Shown here in pieces: positions 19,974 to 29,581 of a stretch of 64,000 nt of DNA. The stretch lies in contig CACCIQ010000004.1 of NCBI GenBank assembly GCA_902546095.1, positions 4,268 to 68,267 on the forward strand, given 5' to 3'. The notes below the pieces were generated by a model. It was not told where the DNA came from. It made no database searches and saw nothing but the letters and a program-made list of their open reading frames with translations. Numbering within the stretch: the first letter of the stretch is position 1; every line of letters begins with the position of its first letter. A program made the translations under genes and the position numbers. Origin of the DNA: an uncultured Bacteroidota bacterium. GTDB taxonomy: Bacteria; Bacteroidota; Bacteroidia; Flavobacteriales; Flavobacteriaceae.

Positions 19974-21014
19974 TTGGAGCTTTCTGAAAGAATTAAATTA
20001 CTTGATCAACTAGGTAAATTTTTAATAGGTTATTGCAATAATCATGCTACCAATAAAAAAGATATTTTTTTTTCAAAACTACATTCAGCTTTAAAAAAAT
20101 CTCAAATAAGTAATCCCTACTTTGAAAAGGCTAATATTATACAATCTTTAAGTTATTGGGGTGAAACTCTTAATGAAGAAAAATTAAACTTATTTGTTAA
20201 AGGTTATAAGTTCGTTGGTTTCAAAAATGTTGGTATAATCATGGCAGGAAATATACCACTTGTTGGTTTTCATGATTTTCTCTGCGTGTTTTTATCAGGA
20301 AATAAATCTGTTATCAAGCTTTCAAAAAAAGACGAGGAGCTTTTTTTATGGATTATAAGTTATTTGAAATCATTGAATGAAGAATTTCATAAATATGTTG
20401 AAATATGCAACAATCGACTTGAAAACTATGATTGTGTAATAGCAACTGGAAATCAATTTTCAGCAAATCAATTCAAAAAATATTTTGATAGTATACCTCA
20501 TATAATTAGAAGTTCAAGGTTTTCGGTTGCAATTCTTGATGGAAAGGAAACAGAAGAGGATTTACAGAAATTATCAAATGATATATTTATGTATTATGGC
20601 TTAGGATGTAGGAGTGTTTCCAAAATTTATCTACCTAAAGATTATGACTTAGACATTGTTTTTAAACAAGTTTATTCTTGGAAAGATATTATAAATAATA
20701 GTTCGTATTACAATAACTATACATACAATAAAACTATATATTTAATGTCTGAGGAAAAGTTTTTTGATAATGGGTTTTTAATTTTAAAAGAATCAACAGA
20801 AATCGGCTCACCCATAGGTGCTGTATTCTTCGAATACTATGAAAACGATAATACAGTAATAAAATCATTAAAAAAATATTCTGAAAAAATTCAATGTATA
20901 GTTGGGAAAAATATTGTTGAAAACTCAGTTGAATTCGGCAATACACAAAGACCTTCTTTAGATGATTTTGCTGATAAAATTAATACTTTAGATTTTTTGT
21001 TGAAACTTAGTTAA
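19974..21014 (+). CDS. LuxC-like acyl-CoA reductase family protein
   Basis: 346 aa. MAGNIPLVGFHDFL and a GLGCRSVSK cysteine motif resemble the LuxC/acyl-CoA reductase family. TTG start, with no in-frame ATG nearby. Confidence 0.6.
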   Translation: MELSERIKLLDQLGKFLIGYCNNHATNKKDIFFSKLHSALKKSQISNPYFEKANIIQSLSYWGETLNEEKLNLFVKGYKFVGFKNVGIIMAGNIPLVGFHDFLCVFLSGNKSVIKLSKKDEELFLWIISYLKSLNEEFHKYVEICNNRLENYDCVIATGNQFSANQFKKYFDSIPHIIRSSRFSVAILDGKETEEDLQKLSNDIFMYYGLGCRSVSKIYLPKDYDLDIVFKQVYSWKDIINNSSYYNNYTYNKTIYLMSEEKFFDNGFLILKESTEIGSPIGAVFFEYYENDNTVIKSLKKYSEKIQCIVGKNIVENSVEFGNTQRPSLDDFADKINTLDFLLKLS

Positions 21015-21061
21015 AATTCAATAGAATAATACAAGTTGTTTTTTGTTACTTTGCATCTTTA

Positions 21062-22129
21062 ATGATGAAAAAACATAATTTTAGTGCTGGTCCAAGCATA
21101 CTTTCAAGTGAAGTCTTTGATGAAGCGTCTAAATCTGTTTTAAATTTAGATAACATTGGCCTGTCTCTAATAGAAATTTCACACAGAAGCAAAGAGTTTG
21201 TAAAAATAATGGAAGAAGCTAGAGAGCTAAGTATCGGACAACTTGGGCTTTCTAAGGATGAATACACTAGTCTGTTTTTACAAGGTGGTGCAAGTACTCA
21301 GTTTTTGATGGTTGCCTACAATTTTTTAAATCAAAATGCTGGATATATCAATACTGGCTCTTGGTCAGTTAAGGCAATGAAAGAGGCAAAACTTTTTGGA
21401 AATGTTCATGAACTTGCATCCTCCAATGATAAAAATTTCAACTATATACCTAAAGACTATACTGTCAATGATAATCTTGATTATTTACATATTACATCAA
21501 ACAATACAATTTTTGGGACTCAATTTCATGAAATTCCTGAAACTAAAACTGACTTATTCACTGATATGAGTTCAGATATTTACTCAAGAAATATTGATTA
21601 CTCAAAATTTTCATTAATATATGCAGGAGCTCAAAAGAATCTTGGAGCAGCAGGAGCTACATTGGTTATTATTAGAAAAAGTATGCTAGAAAAGATTTGC
21701 AGAGAAGTTCCATCAATGCTTAACTACAAGACTCATGTTGATAAGGACAGTATGTTTAATACACCACCTGTTTTTTCAGTTTACACATGTTTATTAAGTC
21801 TTAAATGGCTACAAAAAAATGGTGGAGTAACTGAAATAGAGAAAAAAAATATTTTAAAATCAACTTTATTATATGATGAAATTGACAGAAATTCTCAATT
21901 CAAAGGTTTTGCAAATGTTGAAGACAGAAGTATAATGAATGTTACATTTAATTTGACTGATGAGTCAAAAAAAGAAATTTTTGACAACTTAGCTTTTGAA
22001 GCAAAAATATCAGGAATTAATGGTCATCGCTCTGTAGGTGGATACAGGGCATCAATATATAATGCCATGCCAATCGAGTCAGTTGAAACTCTAATTGAAC
22101 TAATGAAAAAATTTGAAAATCTAGCATGA
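21062..22129 (+). CDS. serC: phosphoserine aminotransferase
   Basis: 355 aa. NFSAGPSIL N-terminus, a PLP lysine region (AGAQKNLG) and RASIYNAM near the C-terminus. Confidence 0.9.
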   Translation: MMKKHNFSAGPSILSSEVFDEASKSVLNLDNIGLSLIEISHRSKEFVKIMEEARELSIGQLGLSKDEYTSLFLQGGASTQFLMVAYNFLNQNAGYINTGSWSVKAMKEAKLFGNVHELASSNDKNFNYIPKDYTVNDNLDYLHITSNNTIFGTQFHEIPETKTDLFTDMSSDIYSRNIDYSKFSLIYAGAQKNLGAAGATLVIIRKSMLEKICREVPSMLNYKTHVDKDSMFNTPPVFSVYTCLLSLKWLQKNGGVTEIEKKNILKSTLLYDEIDRNSQFKGFANVEDRSIMNVTFNLTDESKKEIFDNLAFEAKISGINGHRSVGGYRASIYNAMPIESVETLIELMKKFENLA

Positions 22130-23085
22130 AAATTAAAGTATTAGCAAATGATGGTATATCACAGGCTGGAATTGACTTGCTTAGCCAAAATAATTATGAG
22201 GTTATAACTGAGAACGTAGAGCAGGAAAAACTCATTGACTACATCAATGAAAATAATATCTCTTGTCTGTTGGTTAGAAGTGCTACTAAGGTTAGAAAAG
22301 ATATTATTGATTCATGTAAGGAAATCAAACTTATTGGCAGAGGTGGTGTAGGAATGGATAATATTGATGTTGATTATGCAAAAGAAAAAGGGCTTCATGT
22401 TATTAATACCCCGGCAGCATCCTCGCACTCTGTTGCTGAACTTGTTTTTTCTCATCTATTTTCTTGCGTTAGATTTCTTCATGATTCTAACAGAAATATG
22501 CCATTGGATGGCGACTCTAATTTTAAAACACTAAAAAAGAATTATTCAAAAGGAAAAGAGCTTAAAGGAAAAACCATGGGTATAATTGGTTTTGGCAGGA
22601 TTGGACAGGAAACTGCTAAAATTGCACTGGGTATCGGCATGAATGTACTATTTACAGATAAGTTTGTTGGAAAAACTCAAATTAATTTAAACTTAGCAAA
22701 TGATAAAAAAATTAGTTTTGATTTAGAGTCTTCAGACATGACTGAACTTTTGAAAAATTCTGATTTTGTTTCATTGCACGTTCCTGCCCAAAAAAGTTAT
22801 GTTATTGGAAAAAATGAATTTAATTTGATGAAAACAGGTGCTGGTTTAATTAATGCTGCAAGAGGTGGTGTGGTTGATGAAAAAAGCTTAATAGAATCGC
22901 TGGACAGCGGTAAATTAGCTTTTGCAGGAGTTGACACTTTTGAAAATGAACCAAAACCGTCTGTAAAATTACTTATGCACCCCAAGGTTTCTTTAACCCC
23001 TCACATTGGAGCAGCAACAAACGAAGCACAGGACAGAATTGGAATAGAATTAGCTAATCAAATAATGACATTAGTTAAGGAATAG
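22126..23085 (+). CDS. serA: D-3-phosphoglycerate dehydrogenase-type 2-hydroxyacid dehydrogenase (short form, no ACT domain)
   Basis: 319 aa. NAD motif GIIGFGRIGQ and the catalytic R...E...H pattern (NAARGG..., PHIGAAT). 4-nt overlap with serC. Confidence 0.75.
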   Translation: MKIKVLANDGISQAGIDLLSQNNYEVITENVEQEKLIDYINENNISCLLVRSATKVRKDIIDSCKEIKLIGRGGVGMDNIDVDYAKEKGLHVINTPAASSHSVAELVFSHLFSCVRFLHDSNRNMPLDGDSNFKTLKKNYSKGKELKGKTMGIIGFGRIGQETAKIALGIGMNVLFTDKFVGKTQINLNLANDKKISFDLESSDMTELLKNSDFVSLHVPAQKSYVIGKNEFNLMKTGAGLINAARGGVVDEKSLIESLDSGKLAFAGVDTFENEPKPSVKLLMHPKVSLTPHIGAATNEAQDRIGIELANQIMTLVKE

Positions 23086-23367
23086 ATGTTTGACAAACTT
23101 AAAAAAAGATGGGGCTTAAACTCTAATACGCAGGTATTAATTATTTTCATTGTATTTGGTATTACGGGATCAGGCTCATTATATGTATCAACACCTGTGA
23201 TGGATTATTTATCAATATCAAGTGATAATATTATCCTAAGGATTATAATTGTTACTATCATTTATCAATTTATTCTACTTATTGTAGCATTTATTTTTGG
23301 ACAATTTAAATGGTTTTGGAATTTTTTTTATAAAAAATTATTCAAAAAGATAGGCTTGATTAAATAA
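23086..23367 (+). CDS. small integral membrane protein, unknown function
   Basis: 93 aa with two predicted TM helices. Starts immediately after the serA stop. Confidence 0.5.
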   Translation: MFDKLKKRWGLNSNTQVLIIFIVFGITGSGSLYVSTPVMDYLSISSDNIILRIIIVTIIYQFILLIVAFIFGQFKWFWNFFYKKLFKKIGLIK

Positions 23368-23368
23368 A

Positions 23369-23887
23369 TCAGGCTTTGTATTCCTTTCTAAATTTTTCAA
23401 CTTTAGGTCTTACAACAACGTTACAATAACCATTAAATGGGTTTTTTTCAAAATAATTGTGATGATATTCCTCAGCAATAAAAAATTCTGTTTTTTTCTC
23501 CAGAGTAGTTACAATTTTAGTATTATATGTGTCAGAACTGTCAAGAGTTTGAATGTAATCCTCTAAAAAATTTAATTGGTTTTCGTCATCGTAAAATATA
23601 ACAGATCTATATTGAGTTCCTGTATCATTTCCTTGACGGTTTCTAGTTGTAGGATCATGAGTTTTAAAAAAGATTTTTAGAAGCTCACTTAATGTTGTTT
23701 TAGTTTCATCATAAGAAATTTTTACAGCTTCAGCATGACCAGTTTTTCCGGTGCAAACTTCTTCATATGTTGGATTCAGAGTAGTTCCTCCTATGTAACC
23801 TGGAACTACATCTTCTACTCCACTAACATATTTAAAAATTGCTTCAGTACACCAAAAACATCCACCACCAAAAATTAGAGTTTTCAT
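23369..23887 (-). CDS. msrA: peptide-methionine (S)-S-oxide reductase
   Basis: MKTLIFGGGCFWCTEAIF active-site motif. ATG at 23887 is preferred to the TTG at 23899. Confidence 0.9.
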   Translation of the reverse strand: MKTLIFGGGCFWCTEAIFKYVSGVEDVVPGYIGGTTLNPTYEEVCTGKTGHAEAVKISYDETKTTLSELLKIFFKTHDPTTRNRQGNDTGTQYRSVIFYDDENQLNFLEDYIQTLDSSDTYNTKIVTTLEKKTEFFIAEEYHHNYFEKNPFNGYCNVVVRPKVEKFRKEYKA

Positions 23888-23921
23888 AAATTGAATCAAA
23901 TTTAAAGTTAAATTATAAAAT

Positions 23922-23929
23922 TATATTTG
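23922..23929 (+). promoter_or_regulatory. Bacteroidota -7 promoter box TATATTTG
   Basis: Exact TAnnTTTG match (ttaTATATTTGcaag context), 8 nt upstream of the ATG at 23938. Confidence 0.5.
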
Positions 23930-23937
23930 CAAGAGGA

Positions 23938-26391
23938 ATGAAATATATCTATTGCGGATTCTTTTTTTTTACCTTTTTTTATAATGTATTCTCTCAAGAA
24001 AGAAAAATAATTGAAGCATACAGATTTCAAGTTCCACCAAAAATTGATGGAATTATGTCAGAGAAAGAATGGAAAGAAATAATTCCTGCAACAAATTTTA
24101 CACTTTTTCAGCCTGAAAATAGATCTGGAGAAGAAATACCAGTTGGATATGAAACTTATGTATATTTTGGTTATGATGATAAGGCAATTTACATCGCAGC
24201 TCAACTTAATCACCCAGACCCAAATAATATTCCATCAGAGTTTAGTGAAAGAGATGATATGGATGCAATCTCTGAAAAATTTTTAGTCTCAATTGATACA
24301 TATGATAATACAAAAGAGCGATTTACATTTTTTGTTACTAGTTCCGGAGGCTTAATTGATGGACTTAATACCGGAGAATTTGATGAGGAGGGTTTAAAAT
24401 ACAATACATTATTTGATGCAAAAGTTCAAAAAAACAAGAGTGGATGGAGTACTGAAATCATTATCCCATACAGTGCATTAAGGTTTCCAAATAAAAAAAA
24501 TCATAATTGGGGAATAAATTTTGGGCGTAATATCAAAGATTTTGAGGAAATGTATGTTTGGAGTCCAGTTGATGAGAGAATTTTAAATTACCATGAATCA
24601 TTAGGATTAGTTAAAAATATAAAAGAAATTAATCCGCCTACTAGATTGTTTTTATATCCTTACGTGCAATCAGCTGTTAATTTTCAAAAAGACTTAAAGC
24701 CAAGTAGTTCATACTCTGCAGGGCTTGACTTGAAATATGGTATAAGCAATAGTTTCACTATTGATGCGACTTTAATTCCAGATTTTGGTCAAGTTACATT
24801 TGATGATGAGGAATTGAACTTAACACCTTTTGAGCAAGAATTTGATGAAAATAGACCTTTTTTTACTGAGGGAGCTGACCTTTTTAAAATTGTAGATGGA
24901 GCTTCATATAGGGGTGGAAGTTTTTTTTATAGCAGACGAATCGGTCAACGTACAGAAATTGATGAAAATGAAATTTTGAATGATGGTGATCAACTATTGA
25001 GTTATGATGAAACACCTAAACTATTAAATTCAATAAAGTTAACTGGAACTACAAATAATAATCTAAGTATAGGTTTATTAAATGCAATAACTGACAAATC
25101 ATTTGCTCTTATTAGTGATGGCAATAATATTAGAAAAGAACTTATCACACCCTTAACTAATTTTAATGTTTTATCATTATCTCAAAAAATTCTCAATGAC
25201 TATTCTACAATTGGATTTATTAATGGAAATCTCATTAGAGAGTCCAGCTTTGAAGATGCGAATAACTATGCTTTTATGGCTAGTATATTTGACAATAAAA
25301 GGAATTTTAGCTTTAAAGGATATTATTATAAGACCTATTCTCCAAGGTTATCTCAAAAAAGTGGTGAAAGAAAAATTATAACAATTGAAGAGCTAAAGGG
25401 CAACTTTAGGTACTATTTAAATATTAATGCAACTGATAGAAATTATAATCAAAATGAAATTGGATTTTATAATGGGCGAAACTTTATTCAATATGGCACA
25501 AGAGTATCATATCAAATTTTAAACAAAAATAAATACTTTAGAAGCTTCCAAAGTGGACTATACTTAGGATATCAAACAAGATATGACAGTAATATTAAAA
25601 ATAGAAGTGGTTTTAGCTTGTGGACAACTTTTCAAACCAATAATTTGTGGCGGTTCTCAATTAGGTTGAGAGGAGTCTCAAAGCTAAAAGATTGGTATGA
25701 AACTAGAACAGAAGATAGATTTATTTTAGATCCATCATTATTAACAACCAGTTTTGGAATTGATTCAGATAATACTAAAAAATTCTCTTTTGGTACTGAT
25801 TATATTTTTACAAATTATAAGAATTATCAATACAATGAAAATAAATTTCAAAATGAGTTTAGATTTTATGTTGATTATCGAATATCAGAACAATTTTCAA
25901 TAAATATGAGAACATCAAATGAGAAAAGAAATGATGACGTAGGTTTTTTGATGAAAAGAAATGGACTAATCTATTTTGGTTTAAGAAATATAAAATCAAT
26001 AGAAAATAATTTAAGAATGGAATATAACTTTAACAGAGATGCATCTTTAAGTTTAAGATTCAGAAATTTTTGGAGTACAGCAGATTACTATGAAAAGCTT
26101 TTTGAATTATTAGATGATGGAACTCGAAAACAAGTAAACTACTCTATCCTGAACAGAAATCCAAATACAAATTTTAACATCTGGAATTTAGATCTAAATT
26201 TTGAATGGTGGTTTGCTCCTGGCAGTAATATGGTTTTGTTATATAGAAATCAAATTTTTAATAGAGATAATCAATCTGGAATCAATTATTATAATAGTCT
26301 TAAAAATCTATTTGAAACATCAACAGAGCATCAGCTGTCACTTCGATTGAATTATTTAATTGATTATAATAAAATCAAAAAAAACAAATAG
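23938..26391 (+). CDS. DUF5916 / CBM9-like domain outer-membrane protein, paralog 1
   Basis: 817 aa. Signal peptide, then an N-terminal carbohydrate-binding-family-9-like region (EAYRF..PKIDG...EW). The long C-terminal part is rich in aromatic/Asn beta-strand-like repeats. The family call is from memory of Flavobacteriia annotations. Confidence 0.65.
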   Translation: MKYIYCGFFFFTFFYNVFSQERKIIEAYRFQVPPKIDGIMSEKEWKEIIPATNFTLFQPENRSGEEIPVGYETYVYFGYDDKAIYIAAQLNHPDPNNIPSEFSERDDMDAISEKFLVSIDTYDNTKERFTFFVTSSGGLIDGLNTGEFDEEGLKYNTLFDAKVQKNKSGWSTEIIIPYSALRFPNKKNHNWGINFGRNIKDFEEMYVWSPVDERILNYHESLGLVKNIKEINPPTRLFLYPYVQSAVNFQKDLKPSSSYSAGLDLKYGISNSFTIDATLIPDFGQVTFDDEELNLTPFEQEFDENRPFFTEGADLFKIVDGASYRGGSFFYSRRIGQRTEIDENEILNDGDQLLSYDETPKLLNSIKLTGTTNNNLSIGLLNAITDKSFALISDGNNIRKELITPLTNFNVLSLSQKILNDYSTIGFINGNLIRESSFEDANNYAFMASIFDNKRNFSFKGYYYKTYSPRLSQKSGERKIITIEELKGNFRYYLNINATDRNYNQNEIGFYNGRNFIQYGTRVSYQILNKNKYFRSFQSGLYLGYQTRYDSNIKNRSGFSLWTTFQTNNLWRFSIRLRGVSKLKDWYETRTEDRFILDPSLLTTSFGIDSDNTKKFSFGTDYIFTNYKNYQYNENKFQNEFRFYVDYRISEQFSINMRTSNEKRNDDVGFLMKRNGLIYFGLRNIKSIENNLRMEYNFNRDASLSLRFRNFWSTADYYEKLFELLDDGTRKQVNYSILNRNPNTNFNIWNLDLNFEWWFAPGSNMVLLYRNQIFNRDNQSGINYYNSLKNLFETSTEHQLSLRLNYLIDYNKIKKNK

Positions 26392-26449
26392 TTAATCATT
26401 CTCTGAATATTTTAATTAAATCGTAGAGTTCATATCTTTTTTTTGTAAG

Positions 26450-26457
26450 TATATTTG
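26450..26457 (+). promoter_or_regulatory. Bacteroidota -7 promoter box TATATTTG
   Basis: Exact TAnnTTTG match, 9 nt upstream of the ATG at 26467. The TTG start of the ORF track (26455) lies inside this box. Confidence 0.5.
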
Positions 26458-26466
26458 CTGCGATTC

Positions 26467-28926
26467 ATGAAAGCATTATTTAATTTTATTTTATTAATCT
26501 CAATTTTAAATATCTATTCACAAGAAAGAAAAAGTCTAGAGGCTTACAGATTCAATAAAGCTCCTAAAATTGATGGTTTACTTTCCGAAGATGAATGGAG
26601 AAATATAAAAGCTGCTGAAAATTTTACTTTAATAATGCCCGAAACTAAGGCTGGAGAAAAAATACCTGACGAATATGATTCAAAAGTTTATTTTGGATAT
26701 GATGATAACGCTTTATATATAGGTGCACAATTAAATCATCCAGATCCAAAAAATATCCCCAGTGAGTTTAGTCCTAGAGATCAAATTTTCGGAGTTAAAA
26801 GTGAAGCCTTTTGGATATCACTAGATACTTATGATGATAGATTAAATCATTTTGGGTTTATTATTACAAGCTCAGGTGCCATTGGAGATTCCTTTAGCTC
26901 TGGAGAATTTAGTGGGGAAAGCCTAAATTATGATACAGTTTTTGATGCTAAAATGAATGTAAATAATGATGGATGGTCAGTTGAATTTATTATCCCATAC
27001 AGTGCTATTAGATTTCCAGAAAAAGATATTCAAAATTGGGGATTAAATTTTGGCAGATCAATGCCAGATCTAGATGACAATGGATATGCTTGGAATCCTG
27101 TTGATTCAAAAGTATTTGAATATCATGAATCTATGGGACTATTAAAAAATTTAAAAAATATTAAACCACCCACAAGACTATTCTTTTACCCATACTTGCA
27201 GTCATCTGTTAATGCACAAAAGGGTTCAAAGTCGATTTCATCATATTCAGCAGGAATGGATTTAAAATATGGAATTAATAACAGCTTTACTTTAGATATG
27301 ACATTAATTCCTGACTTCGGTCAAGTTTCTTTTGATGATAGGGAATTAAATCTCAGCCCATTTGAACAGCAATTTTCAGAAAAAAGAGCTTTTTTTACTG
27401 AGGGAGCAGATTTATTTGAAAAAGCTGATGGCATAGGATACCGTAGTGGAAACTTTTTCTACAGCAGGAGAATTGGACAGGATATTAATTTTGATGGGGA
27501 TGATTATTTAAATGAAAATGAGGAATTAATTAGATACGATGAAAAACCAGATTTAATCAATTCAATAAAAGTTACAGGAACAACTGATGGTAAGTTAAGT
27601 ATTGGATTTATTAATGCAATAACTGGAAAAGCCTATGCGTATTTCAAAGATATTTCTGATAACTCCGAAAGAAGAGAATTAATTTCACCTTTAACAAATT
27701 ATAATGTCTTATCATTAAGTCAACAGCTCATAAATGATTATTCATCAATAAGTTTTTTAAACACAAATGTTAATCGATCATCAGGCCTTAATGGCAATTC
27801 CTCTGCTCTTGTTATTGATTTATTTGATAAAAAAAGAAATTTTAATATTAAAACACATTTTTTTCGAAGCTATGCTCCAAGATTCTCTGATAAAAAGGGT
27901 TTTAGGGGAGCGATAAACATAAATGAACTTAGAGGTAATTTTAGGTTTGGGTTAGGATGGGGTGGTATTGACAGGTACTACAACCAAAATGAATTAGGCA
28001 TATTTAACCTAAAAAATGCTCAAGTATTTAGATCAAGTGTGAGATATAAGATGGCCAAAGAAAATAAGTTTTTAAGGAGCTATAACAGCTTGTTTTTTTT
28101 AAATAATAGATTTAGATTTCATGATTTCTTGAGAACAGGTTCAGGTTGGAGATTTAGTCATGATTTTCAAACTCAAAAACTGATAAATTTTCAAATAGTT
28201 TTTGATTACACAGGCTCTAATAGGGATTTTTATGAAACCAGAACTGAGGATAGGTATGTAATTGAACCTGCAAATTATGGACTTGAATTTGGTTTTAACA
28301 CTAACAACAACAATACTTTTTCTTATGGTTTTGAGTTTGAATCTAACGGATACAATAACAAACAATTTGATGAAAACACATATAGAAATAGACTGAGGTT
28401 TAATGCAAAATACAGGGCATCAAATAAATTAACATTAAATTTTAGATCAGAGTCTGAGAAAAAAGGTGATGATGTTGGGTTTTTACAAAAAAGAAATAAT
28501 GATATACATTTTGGGAAAAGATTAGTTAAATCAATTGAAAACTCGATTGATCTTACTTACAATATAGATAACTATAAATATCTAGCATTAAAGTTTAGAA
28601 ATTTCTGGAGTGTTGCAAAATATGATGAAGTATTATATAAACTTCTTGAAAATGGTCTGAGAGAAATTGTGGATTATTCACTTTTGAGAAATGATCCAAA
28701 CACTAACTTTAACTTATGGAATGTAGATTTAACATTTGATTGGTGGTTTTCGCCTGGAAGCACAATAACTCTTCAATATAAAAATCAAATTTTTAATAGA
28801 GACGATCAATCAGCTCTAAATTATTATAAAAGCTTAAAAAATCTTTTTGAAATACCCATTGAGCATCAATTGTCATTAAGGGTTAATTATTTAATAGATT
28901 TTAATAAATTGAGAAGAAATGATTGA
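26467..28926 (+). CDS. DUF5916 / CBM9-like domain outer-membrane protein, paralog 2
   Basis: About 819 aa from MKALFNFILLISILNIYSQ. Colinear with paralog 1 along its whole length. One example is FGQVSFDDRELNLSPFEQQF..FFTEGADLF versus FGQVTFDDEELNLTPFEQEF..FFTEGADLF. Confidence 0.65.
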   Translation: MKALFNFILLISILNIYSQERKSLEAYRFNKAPKIDGLLSEDEWRNIKAAENFTLIMPETKAGEKIPDEYDSKVYFGYDDNALYIGAQLNHPDPKNIPSEFSPRDQIFGVKSEAFWISLDTYDDRLNHFGFIITSSGAIGDSFSSGEFSGESLNYDTVFDAKMNVNNDGWSVEFIIPYSAIRFPEKDIQNWGLNFGRSMPDLDDNGYAWNPVDSKVFEYHESMGLLKNLKNIKPPTRLFFYPYLQSSVNAQKGSKSISSYSAGMDLKYGINNSFTLDMTLIPDFGQVSFDDRELNLSPFEQQFSEKRAFFTEGADLFEKADGIGYRSGNFFYSRRIGQDINFDGDDYLNENEELIRYDEKPDLINSIKVTGTTDGKLSIGFINAITGKAYAYFKDISDNSERRELISPLTNYNVLSLSQQLINDYSSISFLNTNVNRSSGLNGNSSALVIDLFDKKRNFNIKTHFFRSYAPRFSDKKGFRGAININELRGNFRFGLGWGGIDRYYNQNELGIFNLKNAQVFRSSVRYKMAKENKFLRSYNSLFFLNNRFRFHDFLRTGSGWRFSHDFQTQKLINFQIVFDYTGSNRDFYETRTEDRYVIEPANYGLEFGFNTNNNNTFSYGFEFESNGYNNKQFDENTYRNRLRFNAKYRASNKLTLNFRSESEKKGDDVGFLQKRNNDIHFGKRLVKSIENSIDLTYNIDNYKYLALKFRNFWSVAKYDEVLYKLLENGLREIVDYSLLRNDPNTNFNLWNVDLTFDWWFSPGSTITLQYKNQIFNRDDQSALNYYKSLKNLFEIPIEHQLSLRVNYLIDFNKLRRND

Positions 28927-29581
28927 AATAAAGAATCTTAATAAATCTTACAACAATCATATTGTTCTTAACAATATTTCAATGAAGATTGATAAAGGTG
29001 ACTTTATCTCAATAGTTGGTCCATCAGGGGCTGGAAAAACAACTCTTTTAAACATTTTAGGTACGATTGACAGTTTTGATAAAAATGAAAAAACCTCACT
29101 ATTATTTGAAAAAACAGACTTAACCAAGCTGAATGATAAAGAATTGTCATCATTTAGAAATAAAAAGATTGGATTTATATTTCAATTTCATCAATTATTA
29201 CCTGAATTAACAGCAAGAGAAAATATTCTTCTTCCAAGCATGATTGGAAAATTTGACTCTAGTAAATCTCACGATAATTTAAATAAACTTTCTAGAATCC
29301 TTGACATAAATAAAATATTAGATAAAAAGCCTGAATTTCTCTCCGGTGGTGAAAAGCAAAGAGTTGCTGTTGCAAGGGCATTAATTAATAATCCTAGTTT
29401 ATTACTAGCTGATGAACCAACTGGAAATTTAGACACTGACAATGCTAAAAAAATTCAGGAATTGTTTAAAAAAATTAATAAGGAACTGGGTGTGACCATT
29501 GTTTTAGTAACACACAATGAGAAATTTTCAAAAATTGCCAGAAAATGTTTGGTATTAAAGGATGGTAAGTGGTCAAAATAG
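28919..29581 (+). CDS. ABC transporter ATP-binding protein (LolD/FtsE/MacB-type)
   Basis: 220 aa. Walker A GPSGAGKTT, signature LSGGEKQR and Walker B LLLADEPT. Its ATG overlaps the stop of paralog 2 (ATGATTGA). No permease gene is adjacent. Confidence 0.85.
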   Translation: MIEIKNLNKSYNNHIVLNNISMKIDKGDFISIVGPSGAGKTTLLNILGTIDSFDKNEKTSLLFEKTDLTKLNDKELSSFRNKKIGFIFQFHQLLPELTARENILLPSMIGKFDSSKSHDNLNKLSRILDINKILDKKPEFLSGGEKQRVAVARALINNPSLLLADEPTGNLDTDNAKKIQELFKKINKELGVTIVLVTHNEKFSKIARKCLVLKDGKWSK

